A stretch of DNA of 64,000 nt. It comes from Malacoraja senta (lineage: Eukaryota). The notes under the pieces were generated by a model. The model did no database searches and was not told the origin of the DNA. It saw nothing but the letters and a program-made list of their open reading frames with translations. The stretch covers positions 4,032,001 to 4,096,000 of the forward strand of contig CM075998.1 in NCBI GenBank assembly GCA_038087875.1, read 5' to 3'. Numbering within the stretch: the first letter of the stretch is position 1; each line of letters opens with the position of its first letter. A program made the translations under genes and the position numbers. Below, one piece after another: positions 24,181 to 37,385 of this stretch.

Positions 24181-26874
24181 AAGGACGATTTGAAAGCAGC
24201 ATTATTACATTACGTTGCATTGGTTTCAGCTAAGCTCTTTTTATTCGCTTTGTCCGAGCTGTCTGCAGTAAAGTCACATTCAGCTGCCGTTTTGATTAGG
24301 TGGTTGTTAAAGCTAATGGGAAAATCCAGTTAATCCTTGAGATACAAAAAAAATTTGGTTCAATATGAATGCAGTTCTGAATGATGTGAATGAGAGGGAG
24401 AGGAAGGATATTTGTAAGTAGGTCCCAGCAGGGCAAAGCAAATCAATGAGCAAAATGAATGGAAGAATTATTTAATTATGTGAAATGCAGATCCCAATGA
24501 ACAAGGGTGGAAAATCTTTGTCGGGCACACTTCAAGCTGAAGCAGTGAGGTACATTGTTAAGTGTTGTCCTCAGCAGTCCCGTGGCTAACTGCATATTTT
24601 GCTCCTTCACCAGTCCTTTTTTTGTTGCCGAATGTGTTCTGACACACGCCAAGCTATCAATTGTCTCTGTTTTCGAATGTATTTTCTTAAGTGGCGATGG
24701 TGGCGTTTGATTCCCTCTGACCTTATAAATTATCACTGATGGAAAATCCCGCAAATGGTTAATTTGACTACCGACAGTGTTGCTATGAAGATCTGAGCCT
24801 GATTGGACCATGCCAAGGCCAATGAACAGGAAGCTACCTAGCAGAGGGTTGCAGTGAAACCCCTGTCTAAATCTATTGTTATTTTTAGAAAGTGATGTCG
24901 TATTATTTTCAGGGAAGCACCTCCTAACCTCTAGTTCTTGCATCTTTGCAATTTTAATATTCCTCTCAATCAGCCACTGCCCCGTGAGTTTACAGCAACA
25001 TTTCTGGGCAATAATTGCAAATGTATTACTGCAATTTGAAATTTATTCACCAAATGTTATGAATGGCGGCATATTTTTCAATGGAATATTCCTGAATTGA
25101 AAATTTAGCTCCACAGAAAGTGAGCTTTTGCACTGATTGTGTGTTGGGGGAAGGGGGTGGGGAAGAGAGAGGAGAATGTCTTAATTTTTAAAAAGCGAGT
25201 AAAATGCTTAAATATTCAAAGTGCCGGGTCAGATTCTCAATTGGCTTTTTGTTGTTAAAGTCATCACTGTTTTCTGGAGGTGGGGCGTTGTTATGAAGGC
25301 AGCTTTGAAACTGCCTTGTCGACTCCCTCATTGTCCAAGCATCTCACATAAAGAGCCTTTCTCCCACAGGCTGAAGCATCCCACGCTGCCCTCAGGGGCT
25401 GCTGCTGATTCATTCATTTACTTGCCTGCATTTTTTTTTTTTCCGCCAGAAACCTTAATGAGCGGAAGAGCCTAGGCCGAATGAAGGGGGTGCAAGCTGG
25501 ATAACCAGGAAAAGAGCGGGAGGGGGAAGGGAGCAGAAATTGAAAGAACAGGCCATCAAAGACTCATCTATGCGGAGCTGCGTGCCACATTTTTGTTTTT
25601 TTCGAAAGATCCAAATCATACCCACACTGCCACCTCTAATAAGAGCTGCAAATAGATTGTTTTAGCAGAGCTGATAAGTGCAGCCTTGACACATTGAGTC
25701 ATGCTGCACCATGTGCATATATTTGTATGTGTGTCATACATGCAAACTTGTATAATAAAAATATCTGTCGCTGTCTTGGATGCATACAATCATAGACCCT
25801 TTAATGGCCCTCCACATTCCTATCTCACTTTGTCATGGTGTGCCAATAACTCCTATGATCTTTTAACTTCAACATTTCAGTTTGCTGAATGTTCCATTTC
25901 TTAATTTAATTACATTTTTTTTAATTTTATTTCCCCCCCTTTTTTTTAAATGAACTTAAATCACAAATATAACAAATTGATCCAGCTAGACCGAAGTATT
26001 TTTTGAACTGAAGTGCAAGTGTGGGTATGACTTTCTGCGATTCATCCTTCTAGAACCATGGTGCTTCTGCAATATGTAAGTGGACCATAGTGAGGGATTT
26101 TAAGATGTCTTAAAATAGCATTTAAGTAATGTGTTCGGCCCGATCCTTTCACGGTGTGTGTTTTCACTCTATGTTTTTAATCTAAAACTGATTTTGTTGT
26201 TGTTGAGGCAATCGAGTGTCTTTAAATGGTTAATTCCTTTCTAAATGAGCTGTCGATGCTGTTATTTTTGTGGGGTGCTGGGTATGTGCCACTATTCTTG
26301 ATCATGAATTTCAGCAGACAGGACTGTGGTTTATATTGCTAATTATCACTTTCTGTATTTGGCTCTGACAGTCTTAATTGCAGCTGCTGAAAGATTGCAC
26401 AAGATTCTTATTCAGTCATAAAAGGACTTGGATATGCTGTGCTCACATGTAACGCTCATGCGTTCTGCGATGGTTTTCCCCATGTGAACCATTTGATGCT
26501 CCTCGACCCTGTTCCAACGGGCATATGACTTCCCTTCTTCATTCCTATTTTAGGTGATATTTTTAATACTCCCTTCCTGGATACTCTCCATCACCTCTAC
26601 AATTTTGCTGCTGTTGCACCTTCAAAGAAAAGTACTGTTATTCCCGAAGATAGACACAAAATGCTGGAGTAACTCAGCGGGACGGGCAGCATCTCTGGAG
26701 AGAAGGAATTGGTGATGTTTGGGGTCGAGGCCCTTCTTCAGACCCTGCGAACATATTCCATTTCCAATATCTTTCAACTTGTTTCTGGCTTGTGTTTGTC
26801 CTTGAAGCAACTCTGTATCTGAAGGCTTCAGAATGATTTCTCTGGATTTACCATTGTCACAACAAATCTGTTCC

Positions 26875-27108
26875 ATCCAGGTTCAGGAACAGCTCCTTCC
26901 CCACAGCCATCAGGCTATTAAACTCGCCAACAAACAGACTCTGAACTGTAACAGCCGATTGCACTTTATCTGCTTATTTATGCGTATATTGAACTGAACT
27001 GTTCTGTATTTTTGCTTCCAATATTCTGTTGTGCTGCAGCAAAGCAAGAATGTCATTGTCCTATCTGGGACACATGACAATAAACTCTCTTGACTCGACT
27101 TGACTTGA
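26875..27108 (+). mobile_element. Rex1-like LINE 3' tip
   Basis: ccaggttcaggaacagctccttccccacagccatcaggctatta; 3'UTR matches 8760-8830 in reverse; (cttga)n tail. Confidence 0.75.
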
Positions 27109-27859
27109 AAAGCATCTGCAGCCTCTCTTCCCACTGCTGCACCATTGCCCCTCTATCCTTGGCCCTCTTCCTAGTTTTCATCTGTATGCTGTCCCTTGGT
27201 GATAGCATTCCAAAGAACAATGTTGAGTTTTGCATCGTCAGTGAAAGCATCAGGATGTACCTTCCATCTCTGCTTTATCAGGCCCATGGTCAGCAAACCC
27301 ATTTCTTCAATGAAATATTTGTGCGGCAGAAAATATTGTCCCAGGTTATTTTCTAGAAACTTTATTCTGGCCACTTTCCTCCATTTCTCTCCCCTGGTTA
27401 TTACTTTGGCTGAACCAGAATTTCATGGAAAAGCCATTGTGGGCATGCATGCAATGGAGTATATACACACAAATATTACAGTGGCATGTGCATCACACTA
27501 AGGTGTCAAGGAATGAAGTGCCATCAGTATTCTGCTTGCACTTCAATGGTAAACCATTCACTCGAATATATGAGCCAAAGTTGATGTTTTGTCTCTTCAT
27601 TCTATTTTTCTACAAGGACTGTTATTATATTGCAGCTTTGGTGCTGAAACAATTGTAGTATTGGTCATAATTCTGGAGCAGAATTGTGTTCAATCTGAAG
27701 TGCATATCTTTAAACTGCCTCCTGCAAGTTGCTCTTGTTCACTGGAGTACTTGATAAAGCTCTCATCGCCAGCCTACTGGAACAATTGAGAAGGTACAGT
27801 GGTGATTTACTAAGATGTTGCCAAGTCAAAAGAATTATAGCATTAGGAGAGTGACTCTT

Positions 27860-28335
27860 AAGTCCTGCGGACTGTAACATCAAGGAGCTCGCAGTCTCGG
27901 GTAGAGACCGTAGATGTTGGGAGCTCCAACGACACAGAAGGTTCGACCAGCCCCAACCCGGGGTCCGATCGCTCGGCGCAGGGGAGCTGAGATTCTCACT
28001 GCCCCCTCCACCCACCCCCCCCCCCCCCCCGATGCGGGAGCTTAATTGCCCCGACGTGGAGGGCCCAAACACAGCCGGCTACAGGAGTCAAGATCGTCCC
28101 GTCGACGGAAGGCTCGAGGCCCCCGACCGCAGGAGAACAAAGAAGGGAAGAGATTGAACTTTTTTCTGCTTTCCATCACAGTGAGGAATGTGGAGGAGTC
28201 ACTGTGGTGGATGTTTATGTTAAAATGTATTTTATGTGTTCTGTTGCTTTTTATTGGTATGACTATGGCAAATCAAATTCCTCGTATGTTGCAAAACATG
28301 CTTGGCTAATAAAGTATTATTATGGTTATGAATAT
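27860..28335 (+). mobile_element. Unclassified GC-rich non-autonomous retroposon
   Basis: Shares ggagaacaa...gccttccatcacagtgag...tcactgtggtggatg and an aataaa end with 58725-59030. Confidence 0.55.
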
Positions 28336-28519
28336 GCTAGGGTTGTTTTCCTTTTTTTGTTGAGGGGAGCGGTGAAGTGTGGGGGAGGGGAAAGAGATTG
28401 AGTATAAATTATCTTCAGAATCTTGGGGTGAGCAAGAATTACCCATCTCTCTTAGTGGACTAAAACTAGGTGGGATATGTTTGAATTAACTGGTAGAAAT
28501 ATTGGAGAGCAGTTGGACT

Positions 28520-28730
28520 ATGTGGAATTCATTGCCGCAGAAGGCTGTGGAGGCCAAGTCAATGGATATTTTGACGGTGGAGATAGATAGATTCTTGATT
28601 AGTACGGGCGTCACAGGTTATGGGGAGAAGGCAGGAGAATGGGGTTGAGAGGGAAAGATAGATCAACCATGATTGAATGGAAGAGTAGACTTGATGGGCC
28701 GAATGGCCTTATTCGGCTCCAATAACTTAA
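28520..28730 (+). mobile_element. CR1 LINE 3' end
   Basis: gtggaattcattgccgcagaaggctgtggaggcc...gggccgaatggcct. Confidence 0.75.
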
Positions 28731-30275
28731 AAAAATAATTTCAAAAATGCATTCTTCCTAATGAGTTGTAGGGATCTGGAACTCTCTGCCTAAAATGGTG
28801 ATGAAAGTAGAATACTTCATCACATTTTAAAAGTACCTGTCTGATCACTTGGAGTCATAACCTGCAGGGCAGTGAACGGAGCCGAGAAGACGGGATAACC
28901 CAATGTCCATTTTTGGCGAGTCTTGGCCAAATGGCTATCTCTTTTGCTGTAAATGTCTGTGTTATGAATGCTGGAATACTGACAAACTTGCACCATGTGC
29001 CAACAAGTTAATGAGTTTATGATCTGTTTGTTTTCTGGCACAAATCTAATCTATTCCAGTCTAGTAAATTCTTGCAGATATTATATTTAAGAGTACACTG
29101 CGGGCATGGCATTTTCTCAGAAACCATTGCTGTATAGGCCCCGGAGCAATCAGTCATTACATTGTTGGGGTGAATGAGATTTGAGGCTGCCATAGGTAGG
29201 ACAGTAGAACATTATGAAGAAAAGCTTCCTCTGATGAATTAATTGGGCTATTACGGAAACATCAAATTACTGCAATGGGAAATGACCTAGAATTAAATCA
29301 AAACTAAAAATGAATGAAACACAATAATACACTGAATAGGAACTGGGTAACACTGCAGTCTTGTTGCACTCTACTCAAACATTGTGATGGGGTAAGACGT
29401 GATGGTGTGTGCTTGGTCGGCCTTTTAACTGATGCGACTTATACAGGGAAGGGGAATTTTGCAAACAAACCTGTTATAGTTAGTTGAGAAGATAGTAAAT
29501 GGAGGTAGATTTTACGTGGTGACTGTTTAGTTACTGTTCTGACATTCAATTAGGCCAAAGCTTGCAATAATTGTCTCATCTAGTAATTGTGACCCTAGAT
29601 TATTGGGTAGAACAGTCGGGGTGTTCCCTAGTTTTCCGATGTAGAGCTGTATTGTGTTCTTGCAGAAAAGGGGGGTATTCATAAGCTAGTGAGAGCTCTC
29701 ATTGTTTTTTGGGGGGGTGCAAAAGGCTCGGGAAGTGGAGAAAGAGGACTTTTATGATCAATATATGAAGGAAGTTGGTGCTCGAAAATGGAACACCATC
29801 AAATAGGATCCCGGGGGGCAACTTTGTAACCCAGGAAGTATAGAGTTATCGGAAGAACCTGCCAGAGGAAGTGATTGAGGCAGGTCCAATAAAAACATTT
29901 AAAATACATTTGGACTGGTACATGGATTATGGGTCAAACACAGGCAAATAGGGTATATTAGTCGGCAGAGGTGTTGGGCTGAAGGGCCTGTTTCTGTGCT
30001 GTATGACTGTATGGGAAGGAGTCCATATGGCATTGCAGGTCATGACTCTTTAAGATTCAAGAGAATCCAGTGGAGAATGTGTGATTGTCATATGTACCAA
30101 CGATGGAACAATACAATTCTTACTGGCTGCATCTTACCAGACCAATAAGCGTAACAACATGCAGATTTACAGTTTAGTTTGTCACGTGTATAGTGAAAAA
30201 CTGTTTGTTGCGTGCTAACCAGCCAGTGGAAAGACAATATATCATTACAATTGAGCCATTTACAGTGTACAGATA

Positions 30276-30482
30276 GACAAAACTACATCGGTGAGACCAA
30301 GCGTAGGCTTGGCGATCGCTTCGTCCAACACCTCCGCTCGGTCCGCATTAACCAACCTGATCTCCCGGTGGCTCAGCACTTCAACTCCCCCTCCCATTCC
30401 GAATCCGACCTTTCTGTCCTGGGCCTCCTCCATTGCCAGAGTGAGCACCACCGGAAACTGGAGGAGCAGCACCTCATATTCT
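30276..30482 (+). mobile_element. PLE GIY-YIG endonuclease fragment
   Basis: YIGETKRRLGDRFVQHLRSVR...VAQHFNSPSH...RKLEEQHLIF; 10-bp direct repeat tgtacagata (30266-30275 and 30483-30492). Confidence 0.85.
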
Positions 30483-30657
30483 TGTACAGATACATGATAA
30501 GGGAATAACGTTTAGTGCAAGGTAAAGCCAGCAAAGACCGATCAAGGATAGTCTGAGGGTCACCAATGAGGTAGATAGTAGTTCGGGACTGCTCTCTGGT
30601 TGTGATAATACCATAGAATACCAGATAATGCCAAGAATACCATAACATAATGACCCT

Positions 30658-30859
30658 TCTTCTTGCGTTTGAGTCAGCAGAAGTCCGCAGCAGGCTGATG
30701 CCATCCGGTTCGACATCCGTAGGTGCCCGCCCTAACAAGGGCGCATGCTCCGGGTTGGCGCCAAGCTGCGGCGATGCTGCGGTCTCTGTTTGTTGTTGTT
30801 CTCCCGACTGAGGTCAGTTGACAGGGTTCACCACGAGGGAGGTCGACAACATGAGCCCC
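30658..30859 (-). mobile_element. Short non-autonomous Vingi/ingi-type retroposon
   Basis: TSD ataatgaccct (30647-30657 and 30860-30870); minus-strand 3' end ...aaacgcaagaaga; structured 5' end. Confidence 0.7.
30794..30859 (-). ncRNA. Candidate HDV-like ribozyme at the element 5' end
   Basis: P1 GGGGCUC/GAACCCU (G1-U wobble, one mismatch), P3 ACC/GGU around L3 UCCCUCGU, P4 ACUGA/UCAGU, P2 UGUUGU/ACAACA; J4/2 register ambiguous. Confidence 0.55.
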
Positions 30860-31943
30860 ATAATGACCCTAATACTAAGGGTCGTAAACCCTATAATAAT
30901 GCATAAACCAAAGACACAGTTCAAAGAAGATCATAGTTGCTGAGGTTAATGTTGTGCCGGTCAAGTCCAGAGCCTGGTAGTTGCAAGGAAGAAGCTGTTC
31001 TTGAACCTGGTGATGATGGTTTTCAGGCTCCTATACCATCTAGCTGAGGGTGGCAGGGAAACAAGCGTGTGGCCAGGGTGGCGTGGGTCTTTGATGCTGT
31101 CTGTTGCTTCTTTTTTTTTTTGAGTTGGCTTTCCAGGTACTTTTTAAATGCACTGAGGTTTATGCCTTTACCACCTTTTCAACGAATACGTTCCAGATCC
31201 CTCGTAACCTCTGCGTGAGAAAATCTGCCCTCTCATCCTTCCACCAGTTACTTTAAATCTATGTTTTTGAAGAGGGGACGACAAACAGCACGCGGTGAAA
31301 ATCACGGTGCTGTACACAGAATGAAGTGGGAGCCATTTTTAATTGTGATACGTTAGAGGTCAGCTGGTTAGGGATTCTTCAGTAAATTGAGTTGTGTGTG
31401 TTAGAAGATAGTCTTACTATTCTCTTATAATGGGAACTCATTAAACCAAGAAGTTAATATCTAGAAAAAAAAAGAGAAAAGAATTTGAAGCCTTACAGTG
31501 TTAATTGTCAGCTTATTGAAATCTGTAATTTTGAGTGCTGTAAAATACTGCTTTCTATCTCTCAGTTACAATAGTAGGAATGTTTAATCTGCTTTTTTTC
31601 CTTTCCTCATTGTCCATTAAGCTTTGGCCTCGAGTGTACGTTGCTAACTGTTTAAGTAATGATATCATGTTAAGTGTTATAGTTATTGGTTCTATAGAGC
31701 AAGTGGCACACATTTCACTCTCATTTTCTCCCTTTCTCTCCTGAGGTTGTTATCGTACAATTCCCCCAGCATCTTGCCCGCGTGGCTATTTGTGGCACGA
31801 GAACCCATATTAGAAGGATATTTGAGCACAGCTGGTTTAATTCCTGTTCTCATCTGAAGTACCTTTTGCACACTTCCACCAGGAACCATTTGATAACGAT
31901 CAGGAGTTTGCATCTCCTCTTTCCTCCTGCAGCCTGCATATTG

Positions 31944-32245
31944 GGCGCAGCGGTAGAGTTGCTGCCTTACAGCACCAGAGACCCGAGTTTGATCTTGACT
32001 ACGGGTGCTTGTTTGTACGGGGTTTGTACGTTCTCCCCGTCGCCTGTGTGGGTTTTCTCCGGTATCTCCGTTTTCCTCCCACGCTCCAAAAGACGTACAG
32101 GTTTGTAGGCTAATTGGCTTGGTATAATTGTAAATTGTCCCTAGTGTGTAGAATAATGTTAATGTGCGGGGATCGCCAGTCGGCGCGGACTCGGTGGGCC
32201 GAAGAACCTGTTCCTGTGCTGTATCTCTAAACTAAACTAAACTAT
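31944..32245 (+). mobile_element. V-SINE (HE1-like)
   Basis: ggcgcagcggtagagttgctgcc head, V-domain, (taaac)n tail. Confidence 0.88.
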
Positions 32246-33569
32246 CTCTGGAAGTTAGCAGTAAAATCAAACATCTTTGGTGTTAGCAAGGTTTACCTAT
32301 TTATTTTGAAATTGGTGTGTAATCAGAAGAGGGGTAGCTTGAGGTCCGCCACAGAAGAGCGACAATGGGGTTTGGTGATGGGCAAGCCGACACTGGAACG
32401 AAGGAGAACGTTGCCAACCCATTTCTGTGGCACTGGCTTTCATGAGGTGCAAGTATGCCTGCTGCACGTTTCATTACCATGATTGAACCAGGCTCCTGCA
32501 GTGCGATTGGGAGCCTCATTTAAATGTGAAATTATTACATGGATTTCCGGGAAGCGGCAAAGCTGCCAGCAGGAGGAGATGGAGGCTGACATCTGAAGAC
32601 GAAGTAACGTTCAGAGTTCCTCGTGTGCCAGGAGCATGCTCAGACTTCAGAGCCCCTGAATGAAGCTGTCAGCTTTCCCTTCATTGATTGCAACCTCTCT
32701 TCTGCCACAGCCGTCCCCCTCCAACCTCTGCGAACGTAATTGCAGAGGATCACGCCTATCTCCCGCTGCATACGAGTGCCCATTTGACTTTGGGATCTGC
32801 TCCCTTCCTAATGACCTCCATCTTTTCCTCCACTGTCGTCTGCTCGTCCTCCCTGGGATATCTGGAGACCAGTAGCTCCTTCCGCCGTTTGTCAATTTGG
32901 TCTGCTGAAGAGAAGGAAATGGAGAGGAATAAAAAAGGTCCGTGCCTTAAACTAAACATATTTTTGTCCTCCCTCAGATTTCCCCCATTCCCACTTAAGT
33001 TTCCCCTGAAGTTAAGTTTATTTAAAATAGGCAAACTTAGATGAACAAGGATTTATTTTTGGCTATTCACACAACACACCAGCCATGATCACAATGAATG
33101 GCGGTGCTGGCTCGAAGGGCCGAATGGCCTCCTCCTGCACCTATTTTCTATGTTTTCTATGTTTCTATACCAATTTCTGCATTTCTAGTTGCATTCTGCA
33201 ATACTCTTTCTCTGATTGAATTTGTGTAGAATCTTTGTTAAACTATGGACGTCTCCATGAACTATTTGTGATAGGAGCGCAACAATATTTTACGAGACTG
33301 ATTTTTGAGAGTTGCGGGGCTGGGCATAGCCAGTCTGGTGTGGTGGTGGTGATATTATATTAGAGACATTAAGCAGGTGAGGCTTATTGTCTCCAGAGGT
33401 CAGAAGAATGAGAGGTGATCTTTTGAAATACACAAGATTCTTACAGGGTTTCACAGAGTAAATATATATTTTTTCCCCCATTGGCTGTGATGTCCAGAAC
33501 AATGGGTCACAGTCTCAGTTAAGGCATCGGCCATTCAGGGCAGAGATGAGAAGAAATTTGACGGTAGTG

Positions 33570-34540
33570 CTGGATGAGGGAATTGAATGGATGTGGGAAT
33601 TGAATGCAACATCTCCAAGTTTGCGGATGACACGAAGCTGGGGGGCAGTGTTAGCTGTGAGGAGGATGCTAGGAGGCTGCAAGGTGACTTGGATAGGTTG
33701 GGTGAGTGGGCAAAGGCATGGCAGATGCAGTATAATGTGGATAAATGTGAGGTTACACAACAGGAAAGTAGACTATTATCTGAATGGTGGCCGATTAGGA
33801 AAAGGGGAGATGCAACGAGACCTGGGTGTCATGGTACACCAGTCATTGAAAGTAGGAATGCAGGTGCAGCAGGCAGTGAAGAAAGCAAATGGTATGTTAG
33901 CATTCATAGCAAAAGGATTTGAGTATAAGAGCAGGGAGGTTCTACTGCAGTTGTACAGGGTCTTGGTGAGACCACACCTGGAGTATTGCGTACAGTTTTG
34001 GTCTCCTAATCTGAGGAAAGACATTCTTGCCATAGAGGAAGTACAGAGAAGGTTCACCAGACTGATTCCTGGGATGGCAGGACTTTCATATGAGGAAAGA
34101 CTGGATAGACTCGGCTTGTACACGTTGGAATTCAGAAGACTGAGGGGGGATCTTATAGAAACGTACACAATTTTTAAGGGGTTGGACAGGCTAGATGCAG
34201 GAAGATTATTCCCGATGTTGGGGAAGTCCAGAACTAGGGGTCACAGTTTAAGGATAAGAGGGAAGACTTTTAGGACTGAGATGAGGAAATCATTTTTTAC
34301 ACAGAGAGTGGTGAATCTGTGGAATTCTCTGCCACAGAAGGTAGTTGAGGCCAGTTCATTGGCTATATTTAAGAGGGAGTTAGATGTAGCCCTTGTGGCT
34401 AAAGGGATCAGGGGGTATGGAGAGAAGGCAGGGATGGGATACTGAATTGGATGATCAGCCATGATCATATCAAATGGCGGTGCAGGCTCGAAGGGCCGAA
34501 TGGCCTACTCCTGCACCTATTTTCTATGTTTCTATGTTTT
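33570..34540 (+). mobile_element. CR1 (HER1-like) LINE, relatively young 5'-truncated copy
   Basis: ISKFADDTKLGG then long frame QRDLGVMVH...LVRPHLEYCVQFWSP...FFTQRVVNLWNSLP; (ttctatgt)n tail. Confidence 0.93.
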
Positions 34541-34547
34541 TATGTAA

Positions 34548-34812
34548 GGTTATTGCCTTGCAGCACCAGAGACCCAGGTTTGATCCTGACTACGGGTGCT
34601 GTGTACAGAGGTTGTACGTTCTCCCTGCGACCATGTGGGTTTTCTCCAGGTGCTCTGGTTTCCTCCCAGACTCTAAAGATGTACAGGTTAATTGGCTTTG
34701 ATAAATTATCCCTAATGTATAGGATAGTGCTAGTGTACGGGGTGATTGTTGGTCAGTGTGGACTTGTTGGGCCGAAGGGCCTGTTTCTGTGCTGTATCTC
34801 TAAACTAAACTT
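34548..34812 (+). mobile_element. V-SINE (HE1-like), 5'-clipped
   Basis: cagcaccagagacccaggtttgatcc...ctgtatctctaaactaaac. Confidence 0.8.
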
Positions 34813-36501
34813 TAAAAAAATCTTTATCTGGCGAGGGTGTGAATCGTTGGAATTCTGTATCCAAGAGGGCTGTGCAGATCTGGCCGCTGAGAATATTCAA
34901 GACAGACATTAATAGATTTTTAGATAAAGGGTTTGTGCAGGAAGGAAGTGCTGGTGTAAAAAATCTGCCATGCTTTCACTGAATGGTGGAGCAGGCACAA
35001 GGATTCAAATGGCCTACTGCCATTTCTTACGTTTATCTACTTGCCTGTAATAGAATTAATAGGGTGACTCTGGGGAAGTTGAGGAAAAAAATAATTTATA
35101 GGGATGATCCCAAAACAGAGAGGTTATATATATCAAGAAAGACTGAGCATTTGGAGTTTAGATTTTATGGCTGCAGTGCAGAAACTGGCCCTTCGAGCCA
35201 CTGAGTCCGTGCCTACCTGCGTACTAGCACTAGCCTACACACTAGGGACAATTAACCTACAAACCTGTACGACTTTGGAGCATGGGAGGAAAACGGAGCA
35301 CCCGCAAACACCCCACAGGGAGAACTTACAAACTCCAAGGTAGACACAGAATGCTGGAGTAACTCAGCGGGTGAGGCGGCATCTCTGGAGAGAAGGAATG
35401 GGCGACGTTTCTGGTCGAGACCCTTCTTCAGACTGATGTCGGAGGAGTGGGCGGGACAGAGATAGAATGTAGTCAGAGACAGTAAGGCTGGTGGGGGAAC
35501 TGGGAAGGGGAGGGGATGGAGAGAGAGGGAAAGCAAGGGCCATTGAAGGGTAGGGGATGGAGAGAGGGGGAAAGCAAGGGCTATTTGAAGTTTAACACAG
35601 AAATGGGCCCTTTCAGCCTACCTTGTTCTTGCGTACTGTGATGCCTATCTACACTAATCGCATTTGCATGCATTCAGCCTGCATCCCTACTTATTTATAT
35701 ACCTGTACAAATGCCTTATAAATGTTGGCAGCATCCAGCCCTGCAGTGCACCACTTGTTACAGACCTGCAGTCAGAAAACCGCACGTCCACTGCTACCCT
35801 CTGCCTCCAATCACCCAGCCAATTTTAGACCTTGTCTGTCAACACACCTGAGAGCCCTTATGCCATATCTTTCTGGACCAGCCCACCATATGAGACTTTG
35901 TCAAAAGCCTTAATAAAGTCCATGTAAATCACCTCTGCTCCCTTGCCCTCCCTCGTCCATTTTCCCAGTCCCAGGTCCAAACAACAAAAATTTAAAAAAA
36001 TTGTGAGACATGACCTTCGCTGCGTTAAATCCAAATCTGAAAGCCATACATTTTAGATTGTCTGAAATAAAATTTCGAGGGGATTAGATGAAACTTTGTT
36101 AACCAACAAGTGATTGAAATGTACTCCTTCCAACAGGTTGAGGCGAACAGTGGAGATGCAATTTGATTGGGAGGTAGATAGGCACAATGGGGAAAGGAAT
36201 AGATTGAAGATGGAGTAGATTGAAGTCATGTCATCTGTAAACACTGTTATGGGCCATTTGGACCAGTGCTGTACATTCCATGCTTTCAGCCAAGCATGAT
36301 GCAGCTCAGGCCATGCCTGTCTGTGGTTCTGGCGTATCTCAGCTTGAAGTTGCTACCTGATTTTTTAAATTTAAAAAAAAAACATGTATGTCTCAATCGT
36401 TGTTTATCATGATGAGAAGACTGAAGATGAACGGCTGAACAATAGTGGATAGCTAAATGCATAGTTGTAAGTAATTTCCACTGTTATCATTTTGAGAGTA
36501 A

Positions 36502-36773
36502 AGGGCCTGTCCCACTTACGCAATTTTTTTTCGGCGACTTGCCGGCACCCGTCATAGTCGCAGCAGGTTGCCGAAAAATGTCAAAATGTTGAAAATCCAG
36601 CGGCGACCAGAAAAAGGTACGACTCTTTGGGCCACTACTCACGACCATACAGGCGTCACCCCACGACATGCCGACGCTGGATTCTCATCATTTTGAATAT
36701 TTTCAGCGACCTGCTTGCGACTCTGACGGGTGCCGGCAAGTCGCTGAAAAATTGCGTAAGTGGGACAGGCCCT
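36502..36773. mobile_element. Harbinger-type MITE family H3 with ~100-bp inverted arms
   Basis: agggcctgtcccacttacgca... / ...tgcgtaagtgggacaggccct; flanks taa / tca. Confidence 0.85.
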
Positions 36774-37169
36774 TCAAGGTCCTTTTTTCCCCATTACTTT
36801 CCTTGGTTAGAAACATAGATCATAGAAAAATAGGTGCAGGAGTAGTCCATTCGGCCCTTTTGAAACAGCACCGCCATTCAATATGATCATGGCTGATCAT
36901 CTAAAATCAGTACCCTGTTCATGCTTTCTCCCCATATCCCTTGATTCCTTTAGCCCTAAGAGCTAAGAGTTGTCAGCTTTGTTTTAAAAGTTTATGGAGA
37001 CCTGAGGTAAAACCATAACCACATTTCTCTCGCCACTTTAAACTTAAACTTTCATTTGTTCTCCGGTTCCCCGTTTGGCGTGGACTTTGTGCTCCAAACT
37101 AGAGGTTCACTCTGGTATAAAATTCAAACCTCGCCTGAACCCAACCATGACCAAATCAGACATGATTTT

Positions 37170-37385
37170 ACGTGTAGGAAGGAACTGCAAATGCTGGTTT
37201 ACACCGAAGATAGACACAACATGCTGGAGTAACCCAGCCGGTCAGCAAGCATCTCTGGAGAACATGGGCAGGTGATGGTTTTTGGTCAGTCTGAAGAAGG
37301 ATCTCGACCCAAAACATTACCTATCCATGTTCTCCAGAGATGCTGCCTGACCTGCGGAGTTACTCCAGCATTTTGCGTCTATCTG
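37170..37385. mobile_element. Fold-back PLE repeat (subfamily A)
   Basis: Inverted arms around a degenerate ctgaagaaggatctcgacccaaaac motif. Confidence 0.75.

Noticed and set aside
33546..34445. 299-aa ORF as a host gene
   Set aside because: CR1 ORF2 C-terminus of a 5'-truncated, frameshifted LINE.
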